DNA from: Dehalococcoidia bacterium
GTDB taxonomy: Bacteria > Chloroflexota > Dehalococcoidia > Lucifugimonadales > UBA3495
Direction: 5' to 3'
Length of the DNA: 64,000 bases
NCBI GenBank assembly: GCA_022827095.1
Contig: JAJDTP010000006.1
Span: forward strand, 19,514-83,513
The translations under genes and the position numbers were made by a program. The notes beneath the pieces are model-generated. The model worked only from the letters and a program-made list of their open reading frames with translations, was not told the origin of the DNA and ran no database searches. Positions 50,273 through 61,223 of this stretch are shown piece after piece (within the stretch, counting starts at the first letter, position 1; each line of letters opens with the position of its first letter).

Positions 50273-51427
50273 ATGAAAATAGCCATGGTCTCCCCTTACG
50301 ATTTCGGGTGGCCGGGAGGCGTCAACGCCCACGTGACCCAGCTGTCGGCCGAACTGCGGCAGCGTGGGCACGAAGTGACGGTTATCGCACCGCAAACGTC
50401 GGCCGGTGACGAACGGCGGTGCGGGCATTCCGACGGTTTTATTCCCATGGGCCGGTCCGTTCCGCTGTCAGCGGGTGGTTCCACAGCCCGGGTGACCCTT
50501 TCGTGGTGGTTGTGGCCCCGGATCAGACAGCTGATGGCTCGGGAGCAATTCGATCTGGTGCACGTACACGAGCCTTTGGCGCCCATTCTGCCCCTGATGA
50601 TACTTCAGCATTCGAGGGCGGTGAACGTGGGGACATTTCACGCGTTTTCGGACAAGCAGCAGTTGTACCGGTGGTCGCGTTTTGCGCTGCGGTCGTGGCA
50701 CAGTCGATTGCACGGCCGGATTGCAGTTTCCGAGGCGGCGCGGACATTTGTGGCGCCGCATTTCCCGCAGCGGGCGTACCGCGTGATCCCCAACGGTATC
50801 GACTACCAACGTTTTGCCGGCGCCATGCCTTTCCCGGAGTTGCGAGACGGCAAGAAGAACGTCCTGTTTGTCGGGCGCAAGGACGAACGAAAGGGCCTGC
50901 GTTACCTGTTGGAGGCGTGCCTGCTCTTGCTCGAACGCAGGCGCGACGTTCGTCTGATAGTCGTGGGTCCTGGGGAACCGGACCGGATGTGTTCGTCTTT
51001 GATAAGCGCGATAAACGATTCGGGTCGGGACCTGTTGAGACTGGCGGGGTCGGTTTCCGATGACGACCTGCCCCGCTATTACGCCAGCGCCGATGTCTTT
51101 TGCAGCCCGGCCACCGGAGGAGAGAGTTTCGGGATAGTGTTGTTGGAAGCGATGGCCGCCGGCGCTCCGGTGGTCGCGTCGGATATTGACGGGTATCGCG
51201 ACGTGGTGACCGGCCAAATGAATGGACTGCTCGTGTCGCCGCGCGAACCTTCGGCCATCGCCGACGCCATCGCCCGCTTGATCGATAACCCCGACCTGGC
51301 CAAACGATTGTCAGGAGGCGGCAAACAAGTGGCGCACGACCACCGCTGGCAACACGTGGCGGCGGAAGTCGAAGACTATTACCAATATTGCATTGAGGAG
51401 GCCAACCACGGTGGCAATGCCCGGTAG
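50273..51427 (+). CDS. GT4 glycosyltransferase resembling phosphatidylinositol mannosyltransferase PimA
   Basis: MKIAMVSPY..PGGV..HV, HVHEP, GTFH, IPNGID, ERKG and GGESFGIVLLEAMAAG. Confidence 0.8.
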   Translation: MKIAMVSPYDFGWPGGVNAHVTQLSAELRQRGHEVTVIAPQTSAGDERRCGHSDGFIPMGRSVPLSAGGSTARVTLSWWLWPRIRQLMAREQFDLVHVHEPLAPILPLMILQHSRAVNVGTFHAFSDKQQLYRWSRFALRSWHSRLHGRIAVSEAARTFVAPHFPQRAYRVIPNGIDYQRFAGAMPFPELRDGKKNVLFVGRKDERKGLRYLLEACLLLLERRRDVRLIVVGPGEPDRMCSSLISAINDSGRDLLRLAGSVSDDDLPRYYASADVFCSPATGGESFGIVLLEAMAAGAPVVASDIDGYRDVVTGQMNGLLVSPREPSAIADAIARLIDNPDLAKRLSGGGKQVAHDHRWQHVAAEVEDYYQYCIEEANHGGNAR

Positions 51428-52052
51428 AGAGGAACTGCGCGCGGCAATGCTGCGCTACGTAGAGTTGCCCGGGGCGCGTGCTCTGCACGCGGTAGGACTG
51501 ACTCCCAACGCGATAACCATATTCGGTTTCGTGGTGTGCGTGGCCGGGGCGGCATTGGTTGCCCTGGGTTGGCCCCTGTACGGCGGGATCGTGTTCCTGG
51601 CCGGAAGCATTCTGGATCTGTTCGACGGCGGGCTGGCGCGTCTCACGGGCCGGGCTTCCCCGTTCGGCGCCCTGCTCGACTCCGTCTTCGACCGGTTGGG
51701 AGAGGCTGCGCTATTCGTCGGGTTGGGGCTGTATTACCTGCTGTCGGATTTGTCCGCCACGTTCATGATCGTGAGCGTTCTTTCGGTCTTGTGCGGGCTG
51801 GTGTTCTCCCAGGGCGTCTCCTACTTGCGCGCCCGCGGCGAGGGCCTGGGCGCCTTCACCAGGTCCGGCATCATGACCCGGACCGAGCGCGTGGCGATCC
51901 TTGGCATCGGACTGATCGCCGAGGGGTTGGCTCCCGTCCCGATCATGGTATGGGTGCTGTGGGTGATCGCCGCGGTGTCCTGCTTCACCCTATTCCAGCG
52001 GATGTTCACCATACGGGGCATCCTGGAACGCCAGGCGGAGGAAAACGGTTAG
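51411..52052 (+). CDS. CDP-alcohol phosphatidyltransferase (phosphatidylinositol-phosphate synthase type)
   Basis: TPNAIT, DLFDGGLAR..G..SPFGALLDSVFDR, SYLRARGE and RTER. Confidence 0.88.
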   Translation: MAMPGREELRAAMLRYVELPGARALHAVGLTPNAITIFGFVVCVAGAALVALGWPLYGGIVFLAGSILDLFDGGLARLTGRASPFGALLDSVFDRLGEAALFVGLGLYYLLSDLSATFMIVSVLSVLCGLVFSQGVSYLRARGEGLGAFTRSGIMTRTERVAILGIGLIAEGLAPVPIMVWVLWVIAAVSCFTLFQRMFTIRGILERQAEENG

Positions 52053-52096
52053 CCGTGGTAACATGGCGGCCACGTTTACGGTTGGAGGTACTCAAG

Positions 52097-52999
52097 ATGG
52101 CGTCACATTCCATGGGACTGTCGCTGCACGATGCTGCGCGGCAGGTTGGTGTTCCCTTTACGGTGGAGAACGAACCGCAGGACCGGCACGTCAAGGTCAA
52201 TGGCCTGAACCTCCACTACCTGGAATGGGGCGATCCGAATTCGCCAACTATTGTGATGCTGCACGGCATTCAGCAACAGGCTCACAGCTGGGATTTCATC
52301 AGCCTGCCGCTGTCGGTGGACTACCGCGTAATCGCCGTAGACCAGCGAGGCCACGGCGACAGCGATTGGTCGCCGAACGAGGACTATTCCACCGACGCCT
52401 ATGTCGGCGACGTTGGGGCGTTGGTCTCGTCTCTGGGTCTTCAGGACTTCCATCTGATTGGCCATTCCATGGGCGGGCGGAACAGCCTGGCCTGGGCATC
52501 AGGCAATCCCGGGCGGTTGAAGTCGTTGACCATAGTTGACACAGGGCCGGAAACGCAGCGGCGCGGATCCAACCGCATTCAGGCGTTCCGCGAACTGCCT
52601 GATGAGCTGGATACCCTGGAGGAGTTCGCCCAGCGCGTCATGGAGTACACCGGCCGCAGCCGCGAACAGACGCTGGGCGCGTTGAAGTACAGCATCCGGC
52701 AGCGCGAAGACGGCAAGTGGACTTGGAAGTACGACAAAGTGATACGCCGCCGCGGCTTCCGCGCACCGGCCTGGACCCCCGAGCAACTCTGGGCCGGCTG
52801 GCGCAGGATAGATTGCCCGGCGCTGGTGGTGCGAGGCGACCGCAGCGACATTTTCGCCGATGAGACGATGATGCGGATGGCCGAGGAGCACCATGACTGC
52901 ACGACGGTCACCGTCGCCAATGCGGGGCACCTGGTTCAGGGAGACAACCCCCCGGACTTTCTCAAGGCCGTGAAAGGCCTGCTGGGCCGATTCGCGTGA
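52097..52999 (+). CDS. Alpha/beta-fold hydrolase
   Basis: LHG, DQRGHGDS, GHSMGG and AGH. Start re-called at ATG 52097 (GGAGG RBS). Confidence 0.88.
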   Translation: MASHSMGLSLHDAARQVGVPFTVENEPQDRHVKVNGLNLHYLEWGDPNSPTIVMLHGIQQQAHSWDFISLPLSVDYRVIAVDQRGHGDSDWSPNEDYSTDAYVGDVGALVSSLGLQDFHLIGHSMGGRNSLAWASGNPGRLKSLTIVDTGPETQRRGSNRIQAFRELPDELDTLEEFAQRVMEYTGRSREQTLGALKYSIRQREDGKWTWKYDKVIRRRGFRAPAWTPEQLWAGWRRIDCPALVVRGDRSDIFADETMMRMAEEHHDCTTVTVANAGHLVQGDNPPDFLKAVKGLLGRFA

Positions 53000-53024
53000 T
53001 TCGATCTGGGTTCGGACAATCGAT

Positions 53025-53053
53025 GGGGCGGTCACCTGGCCGCCCCCTTCTTT
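53025..53053 (+). terminator. Probable intrinsic terminator between convergent genes
   Basis: GGGGCGGTCA/TGGCCGCCCC hairpin followed by CTTCTTT. Confidence 0.5.
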
Positions 53054-53090
53054 GATGATCCTGGAGTGCGGTTCGCCGAGATACCGAGCG

Positions 53091-54338
53091 TCAGAACCCC
53101 AGCACGTGAGGCAGTAACTCGCCAAGACCGTACCCAAGGGCGGCCGAAACGGCGCCGATGCCCAGGATCTCCAGACCCTGCATGATAGGGGATTTTCGCA
53201 CCAGCCGGCCCTTCGCCAGTCCCAGCGCGAACAGCCCAGTCAGTGATAGCCCTACCGACAAGGCGATAGCGGTCGGCCCGACGGTCAGGAACAGGAAGGG
53301 GATGATCGGCAAGATCGCCGCCGCGCCGAACGATACGCACATCACCGCCGCGTCTTTAAGCGGATTACCGCTAAAGTCCGGGCTGATCCCCAGCTTCTTT
53401 TCCAGCAACGTGTTAAGCCAAAGCGTGTCGCTGCTCGAGATTTCGTTGGCCAGGTGGATCGCTTCGTCGTAGGTCTTGCCCTCACGCTGGAACAGTATCA
53501 CCAACTCCGCCAGTTCCTCGGCCGGCCGGTCTTCCAGGTCGTTGATCTGGCGAGTGATTGCATCCTGGCGCACGTCCTCCTCGGCCCGGGAGCCCAGGTA
53601 GGCGCCAGCCCCCATGCTGATCATCCCGGCCGCTGCGGCCGCCAGCCCGGCCACGAGTACCGTCCCGGTGCTGCCTACGGCGATGGCTACGGAGGTGGTC
53701 AGGGCCACCGTGCTGATGATCCCGTCCTGGGCTCCGAACACCACCTCCCTCAACCGCCCCAGGTTCGCGACGTGGAATGGTTCCTTGTCCAGGGCCAACG
53801 CGGCGTCGATGTAGGTTTCGAGGTCCAGGGGCAGCGCTGGAGCCTCGCCGGAACTGGTCGCCAACGGATCGATCGCGCTCGGCGCGACGGAGGACGTAAC
53901 AACCGATGGCTCCGCGCCATTGGCGGCGGATATCTGCAGCCGGGACAGCGCGTCCGAAAAGGCTATCTGGTGGTCCTTTTCCTGCTCCATCGCACCCGTG
54001 AAGGCCGCCACCGCGTCGTCGCGTTCGTCAGCGACGGCGTCGTTGATCATGCGCGGGTAGGTCCGTGTGTATTCCCTAGTTTCACCCGCGATAACATTGC
54101 TCAGGTTGACCGGCGTGCTCTCGATCGCCCCGGCAACCCTGAGGTAGCTCAAGCCGTGGAGGGTTTCGGCGCGGGCGACCTCCTCGAAAACCTCGGCGAT
54201 CTCCGGATGCCCCTCATCGCGCGCCTGTTGCGCGTACGCAGTGTAGGTGAGATGGGCGACAGCCTCGGCGACGATGGCCTGCCAGAGGTTTCGGTCGGTG
54301 TTGGAAACGTCGGTCATCGAGTTGGGTGAAAATGACAT
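53091..54338 (-). CDS. Rubrerythrin (ferritin-like di-iron)-VIT1/CCC1 fusion, MbfA-like iron exporter
   Basis: N-terminal EAVAHLTY..A...EG..EIA..F...A..ETLH and ETREY..YP...EKDH. C-terminal LREVVFGAQDG, GMISMGAGAYL and EKKLG plus TM helices. Confidence 0.82.
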   Translation of the reverse strand: MSFSPNSMTDVSNTDRNLWQAIVAEAVAHLTYTAYAQQARDEGHPEIAEVFEEVARAETLHGLSYLRVAGAIESTPVNLSNVIAGETREYTRTYPRMINDAVADERDDAVAAFTGAMEQEKDHQIAFSDALSRLQISAANGAEPSVVTSSVAPSAIDPLATSSGEAPALPLDLETYIDAALALDKEPFHVANLGRLREVVFGAQDGIISTVALTTSVAIAVGSTGTVLVAGLAAAAAGMISMGAGAYLGSRAEEDVRQDAITRQINDLEDRPAEELAELVILFQREGKTYDEAIHLANEISSSDTLWLNTLLEKKLGISPDFSGNPLKDAAVMCVSFGAAAILPIIPFLFLTVGPTAIALSVGLSLTGLFALGLAKGRLVRKSPIMQGLEILGIGAVSAALGYGLGELLPHVLGF

Positions 54339-54432
54339 CAACTGCTACCTCGTATCGGGTCTTGGTGATCGTAAGGCTATCGTCGGGAACGGCTATCTCC
54401 GCCCCGATATAAGATGCGGCCGCGCCTACGGA

Positions 54433-54828
54433 CTATAGCCGGGGAGACGCGTGATGGGCGATGCACAGCCAGTCACCGCCGGATCTGACGAAAATATTCG
54501 TAGCCAGGACGCCGAACCCCTGGGCCTGCCCTTCGACCACGCTGGTAATGCTCTCAATGCAGGTGACGATCCCGCAATTGCCCTCCAGGGCGATGTTGAC
54601 GTAATGGATGTTGAAGTGCATCAACGCGGCGCCGTTGAAAATGCCCTGCCACGACCGCCGGATATCCGGCCAGCCCACGATGGGCTGCCAGCCGGGGTGG
54701 ACGCACAGGGCGCGGTCGGACTGCTCCCAGACGGCGTCCATCTGCTCCATGTCCAGAGAGCCGAAGGCGTCGTAGAAACGCTGGTTGGCGTCCCGCAGTG
54801 ACAGCAGGCTGGCGTCGTCAGGCAGCAT
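54433..54828 (-). CDS. SnoaL/NTF2-like protein
   Basis: ANQRFYDAF, CVHPGW..I.G..IRRSW and ATNIF...W..IAHHAS. Confidence 0.85.
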   Translation of the reverse strand: MLPDDASLLSLRDANQRFYDAFGSLDMEQMDAVWEQSDRALCVHPGWQPIVGWPDIRRSWQGIFNGAALMHFNIHYVNIALEGNCGIVTCIESITSVVEGQAQGFGVLATNIFVRSGGDWLCIAHHASPRL

Positions 54829-54866
54829 TGGGAATGGGTGGGCTCGCGTCGCGATGGGGCGGCGGA

Positions 54867-55712
54867 TCAGGCCAGGAGCTTGCTGGCGAAATCATCCAGT
54901 TGGCGCAGAGCGTTGTCGCGGGGCGCGCTTTCGGCAAATACCATGGCGCGGGTGGCGCCGGCTTCCTCGTAGGCCTTTAGGATTTCCGGGTCGGCCGGCT
55001 GTCCGAACACGGACACTTCGATCTCGTGGGGGTCGCGGCCGGCTTCCTGGGCCAGGCGGACGATCTCCTCGCGGCGCTCCTTCAATTGCTCCGGCGAAAT
55101 GCGATTGGGCATCCAGCCGTCACCCCAAGCCACCACCCGGCGCGCCACGTTGGGCGCGTTGCCGCCGATGAGCACGGGCGGATGCGGCTTCTGCACCGGC
55201 TTGGGCGACGAGTAGATCGGCGGGAAATCGATATGCCGGCCGTGGAACTCGCCGGCCTCTTTGGTCCACAGCTCCTTCATGGCTTCGATGGACTCGCGGG
55301 TATAGCCGATCCGCTGCGAGAAATCGATACCGAACAGCTCGGTCTCCTCGCGCAGCCAGCCCGTGCCGATGCCGAACAGGAACCGCCCGTTGCTGAAATG
55401 GTCCAGGGTGGCGATCTCCTTGGCCAGAAGTATGGGATTGCGTTCCGGCACCAGGCAGATGCCAGTGCCCAGCTTGAGCGTCGATGTGACGGCCGACGCG
55501 CGGCCCAGGGCCACGAAGGGGTCGACGCACTCGTAGTACATCTGCGGTATGACGCCGTCTGGCGACCCGGGCCACGGGGTCTTGGGCCCGGCCGGAATCG
55601 CGGGATGTTCCGGCACCCACAGCGATTCGAACCCGTGGGCTTCGCAGGCCTGGGCCAACTCGGCTACGTCGATGGACGACTGGGTGACGAACATTGCGAT
55701 GCCGATATCCAT
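54867..55712 (-). CDS. LLM-class (probably F420-dependent) oxidoreductase
   Basis: GFESLWVPEH, DPFVAL, LGTGI, LAKEIATLD..S.GR..FGIG.GW and PKPVQKPHPPVLIGG. Confidence 0.88.
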   Translation of the reverse strand: MDIGIAMFVTQSSIDVAELAQACEAHGFESLWVPEHPAIPAGPKTPWPGSPDGVIPQMYYECVDPFVALGRASAVTSTLKLGTGICLVPERNPILLAKEIATLDHFSNGRFLFGIGTGWLREETELFGIDFSQRIGYTRESIEAMKELWTKEAGEFHGRHIDFPPIYSSPKPVQKPHPPVLIGGNAPNVARRVVAWGDGWMPNRISPEQLKERREEIVRLAQEAGRDPHEIEVSVFGQPADPEILKAYEEAGATRAMVFAESAPRDNALRQLDDFASKLLA

Positions 55713-55768
55713 GAAACAGTCCTCAGAGAAGTAGGGTGAAGGGAATGTCCCCGTGAGTCCATTATAGC

Positions 55769-55796
55769 GTAGGGGCGAATGTGCATTCGCCCCTAC
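55769..55796. repeat. GTAG-type REP palindrome (may double as terminator)
   Basis: GTAGGGGCGAATG TG CATTCGCCCCTAC, with perfect 13-bp arms. Confidence 0.8.
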
Positions 55797-55820
55797 CGAA
55801 GTTTCCGGGTGTCGCTGACG

Positions 55821-56438
55821 TTATGCGTGCGGCGAGAAGCTGGCGGGCACCAGTACCTTGGTCTGCTGGTTGACCAGGAACTCCCGGGTTGGCGGGGGCC
55901 AGTGCGGCGTGGCGGAGGCCTCGGCGCGGATCTTGTCGCGCTGGGCCAAGTCCTCGTAGGGCCAGATGTGGACCCACTTGTTCAGCCCGCCGATGTCGCT
56001 GTACAGGCCGGCGGCCAGTGGGGAGAACTTTTCGCGGTGCTCGATGGCGGCGGACCAGATGTCCAGCACTTTGGGCATGGCGCCGTTCTGGTACTCGTAG
56101 ATGCGCATCTCGTAGACGTTGCCCTGCTTCTGTCCGCCGCCCATGGGACGCATGAAGGGCGCCGGATAATAGATCTCCGACTCCATGTGCATGATGGTGC
56201 TCTGGCTGTCCGGCGGCCAGTTGGGGTCCTTGCCGGCAGCGGCGCGGACTTCGTTGCGCTCGTCCAGGCTCTCGTAGGGCCAGATGTGGATCACCTGGTT
56301 CAGGGGGCCGATTTCCGTGTGGAAGAATGCGGCCAACTTGGAATACTTTTCCCGGTGCGGCAGGGCCTTTTCGAATGCCTCTTCGAAGATGGGCACGCCG
56401 CCGGGCTTCAGGTCGTAGGTGCGGACTTCATAAATCAT
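55821..56438 (-). CDS. Tandem NIPSNAP-domain protein
   Basis: IYEVRTY...EIGPLNQVIHIWPYESLDER and VYEMRIY...DIGGLNKWVHIWPYEDLAQR. Confidence 0.88.
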   Translation of the reverse strand: MIYEVRTYDLKPGGVPIFEEAFEKALPHREKYSKLAAFFHTEIGPLNQVIHIWPYESLDERNEVRAAAGKDPNWPPDSQSTIMHMESEIYYPAPFMRPMGGGQKQGNVYEMRIYEYQNGAMPKVLDIWSAAIEHREKFSPLAAGLYSDIGGLNKWVHIWPYEDLAQRDKIRAEASATPHWPPPTREFLVNQQTKVLVPASFSPHA

Positions 56439-56578
56439 CGGCCGTGGCTCCTGAAAGGCGGGGGATGGGTTATACGCGTACCCACGGCTGGGCCGTGGCA
56501 CGCGGAAAGTCTAGCAGACGCCCGGAAACCGGGCAACACGGGCTGGGCGCTCGTAACTGTTCAGACTTGTGGGGGAAG

Positions 56579-56686
56579 TGTCATTGCGAGGCGCTTGCGC
56601 CGTGGCAATCTCGATGCCATAGCAGCAACGTCTGCCCCGAAGGACTCCCCTGCGCCGACGAGATTGCCGCGCTGCGCTCGCAATGA
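56579..56686. repeat. Nested palindromic element TGTCATTGCGAG...GGCAATCTCG...CGAGATTGCC...CTCGCAATGA
   Basis: Outer arms TCATTGCGAG/CTCGCAATGA and inner arms GGCAATCTCG/CGAGATTGCC. Degenerate relatives near 22445-22495 and 22655. Confidence 0.8.
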
Positions 56687-56721
56687 TTACCTCCTGAATT
56701 CTGAACAGTTACCAGCACTCC

Positions 56722-57162
56722 CTATGGTGCCAACATCACAAAGGGATGCACGGGTAAGTTGCGTAGCGCCCAGAAGGCGATGATGGCAACCAATACTCCC
56801 CAGGCAATCTGCGGTGGCATGACCCACGTGGGTAACCATGCTTTGACCCAGAATCGGGCCACGCGGTCTCCAACTGCTACAGCCAAGAACGGCAGCACCA
56901 CAACGGTCAACGGGTTGTAGCCGAATGCGCCGGGGAGGTCGCCGTGCAGCAGGCGGTGAACGGCCCGTAACGACCCGCAACCAGGGCAATAGCAGCCGGT
57001 CAGGTAGAGGAATGGGCAGGGCGGGTAGTTCCCGGCGACCCTGGGGTCGACGAAATACACCGCGCCAACGCCAATCGCGGCCAGTAAGCCCAACGCGAAC
57101 CATGCCGTCCGGTTACTCCGCGTCCATGGCAACAGCCCCTTTTTGCTGTCCAGTACATCCAC
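56722..57162 (-). CDS. DUF2752-family membrane protein
   Basis: PPCPF..LTG.YCPGCGSLRA...LLHGD...A..YN and LRNLP. Confidence 0.85.
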   Translation of the reverse strand: MDVLDSKKGLLPWTRSNRTAWFALGLLAAIGVGAVYFVDPRVAGNYPPCPFLYLTGCYCPGCGSLRAVHRLLHGDLPGAFGYNPLTVVVLPFLAVAVGDRVARFWVKAWLPTWVMPPQIAWGVLVAIIAFWALRNLPVHPFVMLAP

Positions 57163-57177
57163 GTCGGAAGGCTGCCA

Positions 57178-57465
57178 TCAGAAAAAGAGGCGGGAAAGGA
57201 GACCGGAAAGGAGGCCGGCGCCGATGCCAAACGGCAGGACCGCGCTCAAGTACAGTACTGTCCCTACCAGGGCTATGCCAAACGAAGTCCAGTTTAGGAT
57301 GCGGGCCGTCCTGGCCGCGGACTCAGCGCCCACGAAGTCACCGGAACGCTGTCGCGCCAAGCCAATGGCGGAAAAAACTATGGCCGCCATCCCGAGAGGC
57401 AGGCAGCAAAGTACCGTGACCAAGATGGCAAATACCAAATTGAGGGTGTGGTTGGACCCAGACAC
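57178..57465 (-). CDS. CD225/dispanin-family membrane protein
   Basis: LVFAILVTVLCCLPLGMAAIVFS...GD..GA..AA..A. Adjacent to DUF2752, a usual pairing. Confidence 0.8.
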   Translation of the reverse strand: MSGSNHTLNLVFAILVTVLCCLPLGMAAIVFSAIGLARQRSGDFVGAESAARTARILNWTSFGIALVGTVLYLSAVLPFGIGAGLLSGLLSRLFF

Positions 57466-57583
57466 AGGGGGCCGTCACTAGGGGATGTTAGCGGTGGACG
57501 ATTGTAGCATCGCCCGGTGCTATAATCGCGCCACTGAGTGTTTTCCTACGCAAATCAAGAACAAAATTAGGAGGTTTCGCACC

Positions 57584-58951
57584 ATGGGCGCAACTGAAAT
57601 GGTGGCAAAGTGGATCGTGGAAACGACGTATGAGGACATCCCGCCGGACGCTATACGTGTCGCCAACGAGTCCTGCTTCGACGTGATCGGCGTCATCCTG
57701 GCCGGCTCCACGCAGAAGGTAGGCGACATCATCCGCAACTACGCTGGCGACTTGGGGGGCAACGAAGAGGCGACCATCCTGGCCACCGGCGAACGGACTT
57801 CCGCGGTAAACGCGGCGCTGGTCAACGGCACTATGGGCCACGCCCTGGACTACGATGACTTCGGCGGCTTCGGACATCCGACGGTTGCGATTTTTCCCGC
57901 GCTGCTGGCCCTGGGCGAGACCATCGGCGCCACCGGTCGAGACCTCATGGAGGCGTACGTCGTGGGTTGCGAGGTCGGGCTGGCCGTCGACTACGCCACC
58001 CACTACCACACCCAGCAGATGCACCGGGGTTTCCACAGCACCGCCATCCTCGGCCGGCTGGCGGCGGCGGCGGCGTGCGCGAAGTTGCTCAAGCTGGACG
58101 AGGAGCAGACCACCATGGCGCTGGGAATGGCCGGGTCCATGGCGGGCGGCGTGATTCACAACTTCGGCACCATGACCAAGCCCCTGCACGCTGGCATGAC
58201 GTGCCGCGACGGCGTTATGGCCGCGCAGTTGGCCCAGCGCGGCTTCACCGCCGGTGACCAGATCCTGGAGCATCCGGTCGGGTTCACTGCCACCGTGATT
58301 GGCGACGAGCATACGGATTTGGAAGCCGCCGCCGAAAAACTGGGCAAGCCGTTCCACGTTCAGGACGCGTTGATGATCAAGAAGTACCCGTCCTGCGGCG
58401 GCAACCACGCCATGCTTGACAGCGTCTTCGGCCTGATGCGCGAGTATGAGTTCGGTCATGCAGACGTTGAGAACGCCGAGATCGTTCAGTCCTACGCCTC
58501 TACGGTAATGCTCTACGAAGAGCCGGAAACCGATCTCAAAGGCAAATTCAGCGCCAAGTACAACATGGCGGCCGCCCTGGTCGACGGTCAGATCGGCATC
58601 GAAACTTTCACCGACGAAAAGGTGGCGGATGCCGACGTCGTGGACATGATGGAGCGGGTCAATATCCGCGTACAGTCCAAGTTCGAGCGCGGCGGCGGCA
58701 CGGTGTCCAAGGGCGTGCCCATCCGCGTGACCCTCAAGGACGGGCGCGTCATCGAGCACGAGACGCCGCGCGGCCAGATCCTGGGCAGCCAGGCCAACCC
58801 CTGGGGAATGGAAAACATCGCCGGCAAGTTCCGCGACAACGTCGGCCTCGTGCTGTCCGATGACCGCGTCGACGCTGCCGTTCAGCAGTGGCAGGACGTG
58901 ACCCAGGTTAGCGACGTGGGTGCCGCGATACGCGATACGCTGATCCGGTAG
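57584..58951 (+). CDS. MmgE/PrpD-family protein
   Basis: AALVNGTMGHALDYDD, GHP, GFHST, FGTMTKPLHAG, KKYPSC and KFS. GGAGG RBS. Confidence 0.9.
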   Translation: MGATEMVAKWIVETTYEDIPPDAIRVANESCFDVIGVILAGSTQKVGDIIRNYAGDLGGNEEATILATGERTSAVNAALVNGTMGHALDYDDFGGFGHPTVAIFPALLALGETIGATGRDLMEAYVVGCEVGLAVDYATHYHTQQMHRGFHSTAILGRLAAAAACAKLLKLDEEQTTMALGMAGSMAGGVIHNFGTMTKPLHAGMTCRDGVMAAQLAQRGFTAGDQILEHPVGFTATVIGDEHTDLEAAAEKLGKPFHVQDALMIKKYPSCGGNHAMLDSVFGLMREYEFGHADVENAEIVQSYASTVMLYEEPETDLKGKFSAKYNMAAALVDGQIGIETFTDEKVADADVVDMMERVNIRVQSKFERGGGTVSKGVPIRVTLKDGRVIEHETPRGQILGSQANPWGMENIAGKFRDNVGLVLSDDRVDAAVQQWQDVTQVSDVGAAIRDTLIR

Positions 58952-58975
58952 CCGTCTCAGAACTTGCGACAATCG

Positions 58976-59005
58976 AAGGGGGCGAGCCCGGTGCTCGCCC
59001 CCTTT
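58976..59005. terminator. Bidirectional intrinsic terminator between convergent prpD-like and amt genes
   Basis: AAGGGGGCGAGC CCGGT GCTCGCCCCCTT T hairpin. Confidence 0.75.
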
Positions 59006-59032
59006 GTGTGATGCTGTCCACAAACGTGGTTT

Positions 59033-60421
<1,389 letters not shown>

Positions 60422-60602
60422 CTTTATGCTCCGTTTTCGAGCGCCAAGCTCGCCGCGTTGCATCGACAGGCTGCCGGTTATGAAGTGCAGCTCCGATCTG
60501 GCGTATCGGCCCACTCCTTCGTATGGCACGAATGGGCCTGCTCCCGATGCCGGGAGAAAGTTGCGTCCTATGAGCGCTGCGTCCCGAGCAAGGGGACGCG
60601 GC

Positions 60603-61040
60603 TTACGGTTCCAATCGTATGGAGTCCCCGACCTTGATGTCCCCACCTTGCAGGACGACGGTGAGGATGCCGCGCTTGCCGAATATCTCCGATTGCAAGC
60701 CTGGAATTAGAGCGTCCATCTTTTGGCACGGCTCGCAATCGCCCGTCACTTCCAGGGTGACGTGATCATCCTCGTCGCCGATGAAAAAGACGTGACCCTG
60801 ACGAGCTTCCGAAAGGTCCATGCCAGTTACCGTGATGTTTTCCTTTATCTGCCCCGGTTCCAGCCCGTAGTGATCGAGGGTTTCTTTGTCCATGACCAGG
60901 ACTTGCCGGAGATTTCGCGGGTTGCGGCTTCGGTCGCCGTCCAACCCTTCGGCCGAAACGGCCCGCGCCTCTTCCACCGGGTCCGACGGGGTGCCCTTCA
61001 CGCGGGCGATGTGCAGGTTCACTATGGTGCCGGATTGCAT
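60603..61040 (-). CDS. MOSC-domain protein
   Basis: GLDGD, RQVL, ENIT..G, CEPC, RG and G.IKVGD. Confidence 0.85.
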   Translation of the reverse strand: MQSGTIVNLHIARVKGTPSDPVEEARAVSAEGLDGDRSRNPRNLRQVLVMDKETLDHYGLEPGQIKENITVTGMDLSEARQGHVFFIGDEDDHVTLEVTGDCEPCQKMDALIPGLQSEIFGKRGILTVVLQGGDIKVGDSIRLEP

Positions 61041-61223
61041 GGCATGGCTCCTCGTTATCAGGCCGGGCCCGGCCTTCGTATCTGCGGTTGGCGGATAGAC
61101 GGGATTTTAGAATATGGCCGGGCTGTTGGCAAACGCGGTTTTGCCGCATGTCCGAACCATTGGGTAGAATGCACGTCAATCCGTTCGCCCCGGCGTTTTC
61201 CGGGGCGCTGTGAGGCGTTTGAT

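Noticed and set aside
51536-52096. 487-aa extended hydrolase overlapping the CDP-alcohol transferase
   Set aside because: The upstream part is an alternative frame of the transferase gene. The hydrolase has its own RBS and ATG at 52097.
57501-57527. Inverted repeat TTGTAGCA-N8-TGCTATAA as a transcription-factor site
   Set aside because: More simply explained as back-to-back extended -10 elements of divergent promoters. A similar arrangement occurs near 4961-5019.
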